Source of the DNA: Schizosaccharomyces osmophilus
Lineage: Eukaryota
Assembly (NCBI RefSeq): GCF_027921745.1
Contig: NC_079239.1
Location: forward strand, 558,001-622,000
Direction: 5' to 3'
Length of the DNA stretch: 64,000 bases
Translations under genes and position numbers: made by a program
Shown: one piece after another, positions 39,125 to 50,002 of the stretch
Layout of the letters: each line of letters starts with the position of its first letter
Numbering within the stretch: the first letter of the stretch is position 1
The notes under the pieces: model-generated
The model's database searches: none
Told to the model about the DNA's origin: nothing
The model's input: only the letters and a program-made list of their open reading frames with translations

Positions 39125-40485
39125 ATGGGGTCTTTGAATACGTCGAAAATGCCGACGGAGTTGATAGACAACCAGTGCGTCGATTTGTTGAATGGATCAG
39201 TCTTGACGGAGGACGATTCGAGGAAAAAGGATGATTTAGAGGGATTTCCTGTCCCAAGAGTACGGAAGGCTACAAAAACTCGAAAACCAAGAGTAAAATG
39301 GACTGAAAAAGAAACAAATGACTTATTGCGTGGGTGTCAGATCGTAAGTATATGCAATTCTACAATTCTTTTGTGTTTATTTTTTTTTTCAGTGAGTCAA
39401 TTGCTAACCTAAAAACTAGTATGGCGTGGGCAATTGGAAAAAGATTCTAATGGACGAGAGATTTCAATTTGTGAATCGCTCTCCTAATGACTTGAAAGAT
39501 AGGTAAGTATCTTTGCAAGACTATTTTATATGTGTTTTTATGCCCATGAATAATTTGAAGCTTCTAATAGCATGTACTAACTTGGGTGAACAGATTTCGA
39601 GTTATTCTACCAGAAGATTACAAAAGGTTTTATCCAAATGCGAAAACACACATGGGGAAAAACCAAAAGATCCCGCATACGCCAGGAATGGCAAAGGCGT
39701 CTCGTAAAGAGCGAAAACAGTTCACGCCCGAGGAAGACGAACGGTTGCTGGAGGGATTCTTTTTACATGGTCCTTGTTGGACGCGAATCAGTAAGGATGC
39801 AAGTTTGGGTTTGCAAAATCGGCGGAGCACGGATTTACGAGATCGGTTTCGCAACGCTTTTCCTGAAAGGTATGCCGCTGCCGGGTTTAAGCTGAAAAAC
39901 AATTCCGGGTTGCGAGCAAAATACGACCAAAGTAATTATTTAATGAATGATCCTTCTTCAACAGAAGCTGCTGCCGCCGCCGTTGCTGCAGTTGCGGCTG
40001 TGGCTGCCGACCGGCAAGAAACACCATCCCAAAATTCTAGCAAGGACTCTGCACAAGATCCTTCTACTGTACCCGTCACTTCCGATGATTTACTAGAGTG
40101 GTCAAACCAAAGTTTGAATTCTTCCTTTTATAATGCTGATCGGCAACAGCCTCAATATGCAAATGAATCCTTTTTACTTAGCCAAGCACTACCCGAAACA
40201 TTTCCAGCTAACGCTTTACATTCTTTTCCGCCTTATGATGCTTTATTTCCTACTGGGAACCCTTCTTCCTTGCCTTCTGAACCACAATCGTCTGTTCAAT
40301 CATTTCCGTTCTCTGTGCAGCAACCTCCTGTGCACTTGGAACCGCCATTAGAGTCAAATCAAATTCATTCTTCATTGTTTTCAACCCCTAATGTTGCCGA
40401 TCTCCATTCTTTTTCACAATTCCACCAGGCTCATCAGCACCCTTCTATTCCGCCCGGGGAACTGCCGTGGGTTAACCGAGGGTAG
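39125..40485 (+). CDS. teb1: Double-Myb (telobox) transcription factor Teb1; exons 39125-39343, 39420-39502, 39594-40485
   Basis: Two telobox Myb domains: KWTEKETNDLLRG..YGVGNWKKIL..RSPNDLKDRFR and FTPEEDERLLEG..HGPCWTRI..RRSTDLRDRFRN; about 397 aa spliced. Confidence 0.92.
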
Positions 40486-40595
40486 TTCGCTTGCCCGGGG
40501 AACACTGGGCTTTAACTCCATACTGGGAAACTTGGAAATATTCGCGGTTTTCTCGATTTTTGTTACACGTTTCATATTCATATATACTTACAAAA

Positions 40596-41497
40596 ATGAA
40601 TGGCATAAAAATGTCACTCATCTCTCCAAAATGGCATTCCGCTAATACAAATATGGTAAAGAATGCAAAATCATTGGGATCATTGACATTTTCTCGATTT
40701 ATGAGTCAACAACCGATTAGAATGCTAGATATCCCGTTTATGCGTATGAAAAAAGTTTAGATTATGCTTCTTTCTAACCTGCTTGTCATCTAGAATGCTA
40801 CGTGGAACCGAAAGACAATTACTCCGTAATGACACATCCTTTCAAAAAACTTCGCCAATGGTGGAGATCTCTTCGTTATAGAAATATAAATATTTATAAG
40901 AGTCGTTATTATCTACGCCGAAACTTTCCCGGCCGTACTTTTAGTGTGAATTCAATAATCGGAGAGGCCGTTCGTTTACATTCTTCTGTCAATAGTGCTT
41001 TAGCTAGGTAAGCACATAAATTCTTTGGAATTTATGAAAGGATATTAATTTGTCCTAATTTTTGAATGGTCAATTTAAGTACTAATCTACTTGTTAGCCA
41101 TGATAGTCAAGTGTTAGAAAATAACTGCACCATTCGAGCTTCCCAACTTTTAAGAAATCAATCAAAGCAACTACCTAAATGTGAATGGAAAGTTGAGAAA
41201 CACTTGAGCCCTCCGAAGTTACTGAATATAACCTGTGCTCAAGCTGATATTCAAGGAAACGAATGTTTTATTCAAGCAGTTGTCCGATTACATACCCTTC
41301 AATCTGTAAGTCTTGATCAAGCATCTCCTTCATTGACACGTTCAAAAGAAGAGATTGAAAATGTTGTTATTCAGCAATGTTCATGGATCCCTCCAGCACG
41401 TTGGCAATTCTGGGGTCTCGTCTCCTCAACACCAGAAAAAGCTTTGAAAAAGAAACTTCCGGACGGACAAACTGCTTTTGTCGAGCCCAAAGCATAA
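40596..41497 (+). CDS. mba1: Mitochondrial Mba1 (Tim44-like ribosome receptor); exons 40596-40743, 40794-41007, 41098-41497 (start may be 40611)
   Basis: Two canonical introns join three ORF fragments; Tim44-like FIQAVVRLHTLQ and ENVVIQ..WQFWG; recalled synteny. Confidence 0.8.
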
Positions 41498-41712
41498 GTA
41501 CGAGCTATTGTTTATGAAACCAAAGTAGTAACTCATTTTGTGTTTCTTAATATTGTTAATCATTTACATAGCGTAGCGTTGAAAAATTAAAATTAATTGG
41601 TACATTTTGTATATAAGACTCATAATGAGTTTATTAGATCTCAAACATTAGTTTTCTCATAAGATAAATGTCAGCCCTAAACTATTGCAATTAGTCAATT
41701 AATTAAGTTTAG

Positions 41713-43104
41713 TTAATCATAAGGAAAGGTCGAACGGTTGTTAGCATTCAGACCCAAAGCAGCACTCGTCTCGTAAAATAAATTAAATTTTTCCATGCTA
41801 TAGTTGATATAATCAAAGGAGGTTGAGCCAATTGGAGGAACATTAATAGAGTCAGCCTTCGGAGAGGAACCATCGGGTTTGTCTTGTTCACTGCTTACGC
41901 TAAGATCTTCCCATTCATCGTCGGTTTCTTCGCATTGCATAACGCCCCATAGAGCCCAAACAGCATTAACCGCCGGCGAAACAGCACGAACTGCTTCTTC
42001 GAGCTGGTGTACTAGAGTATTAATTTCGGATTCAAGAGGCTCGGGAAGGTTGGAAGTTAATTCTGAAGCATCTTCTACCACTAATTTCTTATGAAATACT
42101 GCACCTTGTTCGATATAAGCACGATAAAACCGCTTGCGAGCTTCAAAATTGGGATATCGAGAACGATCCATCAAATGGCTTTGAGTAGGGTGATGATAAT
42201 TTGCCATCCATTCGGCAAAGTAATTTGCAATATCATACGCTCGTACATTAGGACCAGCATACTCAAAGTCAACAGGAACAAGTATGTGATGTTTATTTTC
42301 TGGTTTGAAAGAACGACGCTTAGTTTTCATCTGCAAGATATTTCCGTATTGGGTATCATTGTGGGAAAAGACATTCTGCAAGGAGGCCCAATGCTTTTTA
42401 TCATTAGACCAGTTAGTAAACCATTGAAAATAATTATGGAAATCTCTTTCAATAGCGTCCAAAAAGTTTACGGTTATAGACAAAGGATGTCTTCGGTTTT
42501 GTAAGTTTTTTCTGGCCAAAGGAAGCCAGCTAAAGGAAAACTTCCATGCATTAGGCATTTCATACTGTTCTGTGGGCGTTAACTGTATAACATAATGGAG
42601 TTCAGAGATACGGCGTGCTACGTAAATAGAACATATAGGATCCCGAATCGTCTCGGCTGTCAGTGTGGTGGACTCCATATATTGCTCAAAACGCCCATTA
42701 CCGAATTCGCCAAGCAAACGGGGACCGATGCTATGTCTGGCTAGTCGTTTCAGGTTCTCAAGCTCAGTCAAACGATTGATAAACAATTCGGCATTTGGTC
42801 CGTAAATACGCAGCAAGAGCTTAATGGCTTTAAAGCCTTCAGGAGGGGCAATATAATAGACGGCATTCGTTAACGCACCAGAAATTCTTTTAATAATGAG
42901 TGTAGGGTGGGAAGCTACTGGTACTCGGGACCAAGTAGGAATAGCTAACTTGTGAATTGCCAGTAAAACCTTGTGTCGAAAAACGGGATCGGGATCATCA
43001 CTGTGTAATAGGCTTTTGCATTTGTCGGAGACATATGTATGATCAAAACAATAATCTTCCTCTTCGGATAAAACAGGCATTTTTACGGAATCAAGGTGGA
43101 GCAT
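41713..43104 (-). CDS. eki1: Choline/ethanolamine kinase
   Basis: ISGALTNAVY, LLRIYG, FSHNDTQYGN (Brenner motif), VDFEY and YDIANYFAEW. Confidence 0.92.
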   Translation of the reverse strand: MLHLDSVKMPVLSEEEDYCFDHTYVSDKCKSLLHSDDPDPVFRHKVLLAIHKLAIPTWSRVPVASHPTLIIKRISGALTNAVYYIAPPEGFKAIKLLLRIYGPNAELFINRLTELENLKRLARHSIGPRLLGEFGNGRFEQYMESTTLTAETIRDPICSIYVARRISELHYVIQLTPTEQYEMPNAWKFSFSWLPLARKNLQNRRHPLSITVNFLDAIERDFHNYFQWFTNWSNDKKHWASLQNVFSHNDTQYGNILQMKTKRRSFKPENKHHILVPVDFEYAGPNVRAYDIANYFAEWMANYHHPTQSHLMDRSRYPNFEARKRFYRAYIEQGAVFHKKLVVEDASELTSNLPEPLESEINTLVHQLEEAVRAVSPAVNAVWALWGVMQCEETDDEWEDLSVSSEQDKPDGSSPKADSINVPPIGSTSFDYINYSMEKFNLFYETSAALGLNANNRSTFPYD

Positions 43105-44113
43105 AGATGAAGGTTCAAAAGGGCTATCGATGAATGTCTTGAAGTGATGGTTCTCAGAACGATTTGTACTCTCAAACAGTTCAACTGGGTACTATTCGTA
43201 ACAAATTCAAGGTATTGGGTAGGCTATTCGATTATTGTCCCAAAAAAAAGAAATAAAAGAAGTAGAAAGGAATCAATTGTTTGGAAATTGTTATCAACGC
43301 GATTTTAAATCAGGAAAATGCAAGAATCAGGTTAATTACAACGATATTTCTATATGAACATAAATTATTGATAAACCCAAGAATATAAAACGAGCTTGTG
43401 TTGAAGGAGTACAAGAGGAGAAAAGAGAGACAATAAAAACCTTTTTAAAGAGCCAAAAAAGAAAACCGTATTCTACAAATCTGTATGTCTAAAAGCAAAT
43501 GTCACAGGAAATAAACCACCGTTATGTACAACAAATCCGGTTAAATATATGAACGGCAGAACGCCAATTATAAAAGATTTCTTTTAAAAGAATTAAAAAA
43601 TTTAAATAAAAGCTTAGAATGAAATGATTTTAGTGAAATCAGTACACCATAGAACCAGATGGTGAACGGTAAAGCACAGCCTGCGTTCCTACAGAAGATA
43701 TATGTGGGATTATCTACTATCGTCGCTATCGTAAAGAACACGAATTTGAATTCATTATAATAGTATCATATTATTTTTTTGCTGCTTCTTTTTTTTTAGA
43801 AAGAAAAGAAAGATGAAAAATAAAAAGAAAAGCAGCAAAAAAATATTTGCAGTTACATAATGTCTCAGATATTAGATACTAGATACGAAATAAAAAGATT
43901 CCTTTGAATGAGAATAGAAAGGGAAAAATAATAAATGTCATTCTTCTATTAACTAAGGATTTGAGTAAACTTAACCTAAACATTTGATTAAAGGGAAGAA
44001 ATAACAGTAAGGAACTAGTTGAACCATACCTTTTTTTTTTTTTTTTTTTGCTAGGCGAATGCTCAGTAGACACATGTACGAGCGTCCAAAAGAACACTGA
44101 TCGAAAGCCGGAC

Positions 44114-45676
44114 TTAATCAGAGCCAACGGTGTGAGAAGGAGGAGAAGCTCCATAATAATATAGGTTTCCAGGAGTATAACAGAAGTCGGGATAAGGATA
44201 AAATGGGTATATAGGTTGCATTATGTCCGGCTGGAAACCGAAAGTGGTAGGAGGACTTAGAGATGCCATGGATGGGTGACAAGGATAAGGCATAGAGGAA
44301 TGATTCGCCGAGTTTACAGTAGGAAAGATGGCATTTGAAGAAGGGAGAAACGAAGGAGGAACCATTGGATACTGATAAGAAGAAACAGGGTAAGCAGAAC
44401 GGGGAAGAACTCGAAACTTGACACGCAGAGGTTTCTTTTGGAAGAAGGGTTGAGGTTTATGGTAAACGGCGTTGAAAGCAGCTTGTTGGGAATCGAATTG
44501 CAAAAAAGCAAAGGCAGGTTTATTGGACTGACGGATGAATTTGCAATCCAAAACGTTACCATACTCCGAGAAAAGTTCGGCGAGAGAGTTTTGAGTACAG
44601 CTTTTAGAGTCCAAATGATCGACGAAAATGGAGAATGGGTCGACAAAAGGCATGAGGGGTTGGCAGTATGGATGGGTGGAGGGAAGATAGGAAGGAGGAA
44701 ACTTGGGGGAAGGAAGAGAGGGGTTGGAAATAGTTGGAGATTTGTTTGTAAACTTGGAATGAGAGTAAGGGCTGGTGTAGGAAGAGCTGATGGATTTATT
44801 TGGGGTAGACATGTCGCTAGAATCGTCGTATTTAGTGGCAGAGGTAGGAGTAGCGAGAGAAGGCGAGATGGGGGTAGAAGGAGCCAAAGAAGGGAGATTG
44901 GAGGAGAGAGGAGCGGAGTGGTTGTGGAAAGATTTGAGAGTGAGAGGATTCCTTTGGGAACTTTGTGCAACGAATGAGCTAGAACGGGAAGAAGAAGATT
45001 TAGAAGGGCGGCCGTGGGGAGGATTATGGAAGGAGGAATTGGGGATTTTTTTTCGAAAGACAGATTTGGTAGAGACGTTTTCGGCCCAAACGACTTTGTA
45101 GGGAGAGTTGCGTAGGCTTACAAAGGCCGAGATGGCATCGTCTCGATAGACAAACCGAACCAAGTAACCAGAGGAATCTTTTGTTTTGACGAGCTCTTCG
45201 ATGAGGCCATAGGGTTCGAGGAGCTGGTGAATATCCGAGAAAGAAAAATTGGATAGATGGGAGGGGTGGGCCAAGTAGATGGTACGGTTGACTTTGGCGC
45301 GTTCGATACGGATTCGGCGATCATCGAGCAAAGCATTTTGAGCTTCTTTTAAGGCAGTGGAAGCGTCGTCGACGCTGGCGAATTGAACAAAGGAGTAGGA
45401 ACGTTGAAGCCAATCTTTGAGGACCTTGACATGAAGCAAGGGACCCCATTTTTGAAAGTAATTTTTGACAGAGACGGTGAGTTGAGACTCGGAGAGGGAA
45501 GAATTCAAGCTGCCGACAAACAAGCAAGCGATAGGTTTCCCACGTTGGTTTGGAAGGTTGGTATGGGCGGTGGTGGATTCCGTACTGTGTGGGGATACGG
45601 CAGGCGAGTTTGAGTTTGCTTTGGGAGAGAGAGAAGGAGAAGGAGAAGGAGAAGGAGAAGAAGAAGAAGAATCCAT
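44114..45676 (-). CDS. msa1: RRM RNA-binding protein Msa1 (Rim4-like, repressor of sexual differentiation)
   Basis: CLFVGSL/YSFVQF RRM1, RRIRIERAKVNRTIY, a further RRM (SIFVDHL/FAFLQF) and Ser/Pro-rich linkers. Confidence 0.88.
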   Translation of the reverse strand: MDSSSSSPSPSPSPSLSPKANSNSPAVSPHSTESTTAHTNLPNQRGKPIACLFVGSLNSSLSESQLTVSVKNYFQKWGPLLHVKVLKDWLQRSYSFVQFASVDDASTALKEAQNALLDDRRIRIERAKVNRTIYLAHPSHLSNFSFSDIHQLLEPYGLIEELVKTKDSSGYLVRFVYRDDAISAFVSLRNSPYKVVWAENVSTKSVFRKKIPNSSFHNPPHGRPSKSSSSRSSSFVAQSSQRNPLTLKSFHNHSAPLSSNLPSLAPSTPISPSLATPTSATKYDDSSDMSTPNKSISSSYTSPYSHSKFTNKSPTISNPSLPSPKFPPSYLPSTHPYCQPLMPFVDPFSIFVDHLDSKSCTQNSLAELFSEYGNVLDCKFIRQSNKPAFAFLQFDSQQAAFNAVYHKPQPFFQKKPLRVKFRVLPRSAYPVSSYQYPMVPPSFLPSSNAIFPTVNSANHSSMPYPCHPSMASLSPPTTFGFQPDIMQPIYPFYPYPDFCYTPGNLYYYGASPPSHTVGSD

Positions 45677-46021
45677 GGTGTCGAAAAAGAGAGCGAGACA
45701 GAGAGGGGAAAAAAAGAAGATAGAGATCGGAAAAGTCCGAAATAATAAAGAGTCTAACGTTTATGGAAAGGGCAAGAGAAAACGAAACGAGAGGACACCA
45801 AAGGACAGGGAAAGTGAGAAAGAAGCGAAACGCCAAAAAGGAAAAAGAACAGAAGAACCTGGGTGTCGAAAGGATAGACTTTTTTTTTTATGTTTTACGA
45901 AATCAAAAAGGAAACAAACATAAAGGGAAATGCAGACGCCAAACGAGAGAAGAAAGAAAAAGAGTCAATGCAAGCAAAACGGAAACTAGAGAAACAATGA
46001 CAAAAGAGAGACAGACGCAGG

Positions 46022-46024
<3 letters not shown>

Positions 46025-46058
<34 letters not shown>
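46025..46058. repeat. (AG)17 microsatellite upstream of msa1
   Basis: Seen directly; followed by a tandem AGATGGAAAT duplication. Confidence 0.9.
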
Positions 46059-46062
<4 letters not shown>

Positions 46063-47834
46063 ATTCTAGATGGAAATAGATGGAAATAGAAAGGGAAAAA
46101 CCAAAAATGAAAGGAAGAGAGAGACTGTAAGCAAAAAGCAAAAAGAATCAAAAACAAAGATTGAATGTTGTAGATTATAGATTTTTTTATTGATAATCCT
46201 GGGGTACCTTTTTTTGGTGAAAGGGAAAAAAAAGGAAAGAAATAAATAAAGAAAAACACTCTACACAAAATCCAATAAAAGCAATGGAAAAACAATTGCA
46301 CAATGAATGAATCCACTAGGTTTTAACAAAAGTAGCTATAGAGCAACAACACCTTCTCGAAAGTTGAATTTCAAGAATACAATTCAAAACAAACAAAAAA
46401 ATCGTTTTTTTTTTAAAAAAAAAAAGAAGAGATAAAAATAAAGAAAAGAAAAAGAGATGAATTGCTTAAAGTCCCAAGAAATTATAATGTACGATAAAAA
46501 GGAGGAATGGTAAGCATTGTAGAGACGAATCTATATATATAGAAAAATGGAAAGAGAAAGAGAGAGAGGGAAAAAAAAAAAAAAAAAAAGAGGAGAGAGA
46601 ACAGGGGAGTGATAAGCAGAAATTCTAGCCCAAAAACATCAAACCAACCAAAGATGAAAGAGGAGAGCCAAGATAATTTTTAGGCAGGTAGCACAAGTTA
46701 CAAGACTTGGTTTGGTGAAGTCAGATGAGTTTGGATATCAATGATAGACAAATTCGAAGGGAATATAGTGAAAAAGGCACAATGATGATAAAGTTGGGGG
46801 GAGGGTGGAGAGGGAAGAGAGTTTGATAGTGTGAGAATGTGGAAAAAGAAATCAATACATTCCTTGTAAAGAGGAAAAGGGAAAAGGCAGAGAATGGTCT
46901 ATTTTCGATGTTCATTTTCGTACTCATTTTCGTATTCATTATTTATTAGTCATAAGTCATTAGTCATTATTCGTGTTCGTGTTCGTTATTCAGTGGTTTC
47001 ATCATTCGATGGTTTCATATAGATAAAAAATTGTCGACAATGCCTACAATATCTACCATTTGTTCATAAAGAGTGATTGAAACGAAACGAAAGAAAACAA
47101 AACAAATCAAAACAAAAAAAACAAATCATGAAAAATCATTCTTTCTAGACCATTCATCCAAACAAATCGCACATTTCCACCAATTCCATCTTTCAAAACA
47201 GATACTCTCTCTCTCTCTCTTTCTTTCTCTTTCTCTGCCAGCCATCAATTGTCATAACGTTTCAAACCCATTGCACAATTTTCACTCAAAAGTTGTCATC
47301 CACCGAGGTGTTAACGTGTTGGGTGCTATTGAATGTCTCTGGACCTGGACCAAGACCAAGGGATGATGACTAAGAAAAGAAAAGAGGGGTTGTAGATAAC
47401 ACTTGGGTTATGTTTGAACTATAAAAAATAAATAAATAAATAAACTATGGAAATCACGAATTAGACAGAAAACAAACAAAACAAGCTAAGCTTTTTTTTT
47501 TCTATTTTCTTATTAAAAAAAATCACAAAAAAAATAAAAAGAATTTTCGTTTGTTTGTTTTCTTTGTCGCTGGACGACATACTTGGGTTACTTGGATTGT
47601 TGTTTTCTCCGCGTTTAGTTAGATGGACATTGATAAACGTCGCAAACCAGTGGAGGTGAATAGGGGCGAGCGAGCGAGAGACAGAAAGAAAGGTGACGTT
47701 TATTACTGTGGGTGCCATGGAACGAGATTCTTGATTTCGTCCCCACCAAAAGGAGCCGGGTTTCCGAACTGCGTTTCGCCAGATCTTGACGAAGCCTAAG
47801 CTAACAAGATACAATACATTATTTAGTAGTATAT

Positions 47835-47854
47835 ACACACACACACACACACAC
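47835..47854. repeat. (AC)10 microsatellite
   Basis: Seen directly. Confidence 0.9.
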
Positions 47855-48065
47855 AACTAGGAATTCATATAGATATAGCGAAAAACTCTGCCACAATTCA
47901 TTCTTATTTTTTTCTAACACTAAATTTTTGTTTTGTTTGATTTTGTTTTCTTTTCTTTTCTTTTCTTTTCATCTGCATGTATGTGTAGTAGTGTATGTCA
48001 CCTACAAAAGAGAGAGGAGGTCGGTCGGTCTCGTCATATATCGTTTCTGCAATGCTTGCACTAGC

Positions 48066-48617
48066 TTATACAGAAGGAGACCAAAGTGATTGACAAGCCT
48101 TTAATTGCTCCAAATAATAAGAACAGTGATCAAATCCATGTTGGTTCATACATTCTGCAAACGTCTTGGCTTCTCCATTACAAGCACGCTTCGACTCTTC
48201 TGCATTGGCATCGGAAAATCCTGATGTAGATCCAAATCCTGTTTCGGCTTGAGGTGCTGCTGATGCTGCATTGGTTTCTTCAGCTGCTGGTGCTGAACTG
48301 CTGCCACCACCAAACGCGCCTGTAAGCATATTTCCCATCGTATGTCCAATCGCACTACCAATACCCACACCAGCTGCTGTACTCATCATGTTGCCGAAAA
48401 AGCCTGTGCCGCCACCCGATGAGGGCACCGCCGTAGGGGGAGCCGCCGCTGGTGCTGCTGGTTGTTGTCCTCCATGTTGACCAGGTCCCGCTGCTGGACG
48501 TGCTGGTGGTGCAGATGCCATGCTACGAGGTGCCGCCATCGTCGATGCTGGTCTTGATGAACCAGGCGTGCGGCGTTGACTAGAGGCCGGGGCTGCTGCT
48601 GTACGTCTACGAGGCAT
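48066..48617 (-). CDS. mix17: CHCH (twin CX9C) mitochondrial intermembrane-space protein, Mix17/CHCHD2 family
   Basis: MPRRR start, STAAGVGIGSAIGH helix and C-x9-C...C-x9-C (CNGEAKTFAEC, CSYYLEQLKAC). Confidence 0.92.
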   Translation of the reverse strand: MPRRRTAAAPASSQRRTPGSSRPASTMAAPRSMASAPPARPAAGPGQHGGQQPAAPAAAPPTAVPSSGGGTGFFGNMMSTAAGVGIGSAIGHTMGNMLTGAFGGGSSSAPAAEETNAASAAPQAETGFGSTSGFSDANAEESKRACNGEAKTFAECMNQHGFDHCSYYLEQLKACQSLWSPSV

Positions 48618-49536
48618 ATTCAATGAATCCAAATCTTTTCCAAACGTTTCTTTTTCTATTCAAATCAATCAAAATTCTCCTTCAATCTTTGCTTCTTATA
48701 AATCACAAAGTTTCTCCAAGATGGTAAATGGTAAAAGGCAAATTCAACGTTTCCCTTCCTCTTCTTTCCTTTTCTACTCGTCCTCGCTCCTTTCCTACCC
48801 TTTCATTGGTTTCTCTTTTCCTTCCATCGTTCTAGGTAACATTTTGCTTTTAGGTGACATGTCTCCACCAAACATAATCCCTTTGAGTTTAAAAAACAAA
48901 AAAAAAACATAAAAAGAAAAAAGAAAGCACGTTACATTCTTTCCTTGCACCCTTTTCTCACAAAGAATGTGCCCTTTTCTTTCTCACTCTCATTCTCTCG
49001 ATTCACCCTCGTTGCATTCCCTTACCCCTTTACCGGACTGCACTACGACTCACTAAAAAATAACAGAAACAAAAATCAAATACCAACTACCAAAATCAAT
49101 GAAATACCATCTCTCAACTCTCCATCTTTCCAAACCAACAACAAACACTGTTTGCTTCTACCACCTCCCATTCAATTGCTTCCTTTTCTCTCTCTCTCTC
49201 TCTCTCTTTCCCGTACGACGGCAGTCCACCTCGAAATCCCTGGCATAGTTGCAAACGGAAGTCCAAGAGCCAACTATATTAAAGTTATCAGCTGTAGGTT
49301 CTACCGCGGAAGCAAGCGATGATTTATGATTCGCAAACTACAACTGCCGACCAAAGTTTACCAAATTCCATGACCTTGGATTGGCCTTTGCTCGCCGTGA
49401 TGCTTGTTCAGTGACGTGTGCTCCCTCCGTCCCCACACCCTCATAAATCCCGGCCTCCAAGACGTCTTTCGTTTACGGAAGCATATTCCTTTTATCCTTT
49501 GCATAAACCATTTCCTTTCGCCTACCGTTCTCAAAG

Positions 49537-50001
49537 GTAAGTTTGCTCTCCAAAATGCTGCAAATTATACAAGAAATCAGTTTCAGGTGAATTTCAATAC
49601 GCCCTTTTCCCAATAAGCCTCTTTCCGTCTTTGCTCGTTCTCAAAACACGCCCATCCACGTCCGTCTTTTTGACTCGCTGGTTTTTCTACTTGTAGGTTT
49701 TGCCTTCTTTACAACATTTTCAAGTTTATGTTGTTCTGCTGTGCATGCTTGTGCAACAAAGTCCGCGTTCCCCTTCCTACTTTCAATCGTGTTTGGTGAA
49801 TGACGAGAACTTGTGTTCATCCTCATAGTACTCTCACTAACTGTTCTACACCTCACTACGGCGTTTCCCATACAACCATACTACTATCTTAGACACTTCT
49901 TGAAAAGCTCTTCTGTTTCTTGTAATTCCTTTCTGATTTTCTTGCAATTTTCTGCGGCATCCTTCTTTCTCTGCCCTTCCTCCTACTAACCCATTTTCTA
50001 G
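49537..50001 (+). other. Predicted 465-nt spliceosomal intron in the cit1 5'UTR
   Basis: AAG|GTAAGT donor at 49537; TACTAAC branch 49984-49990; TTTTCTAG acceptor ending 50001, one base before the ATG. Confidence 0.75.
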
Positions 50002-50002
50002 G

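Noticed and set aside
46150..46162. ATCTTTGTTT upstream of msa1 as a Ste11 TR box
   Set aside because: Mismatch to the TTTCTTTGTT consensus within a T-rich background.
44314..46316. Multiple overlapping ORFs around msa1, including 45321-45836 and 45903-46316
   Set aside because: Low-complexity purine/pyrimidine skew suppresses stop codons; the two named ORFs start at TTG/GTG and have no protein-like features.
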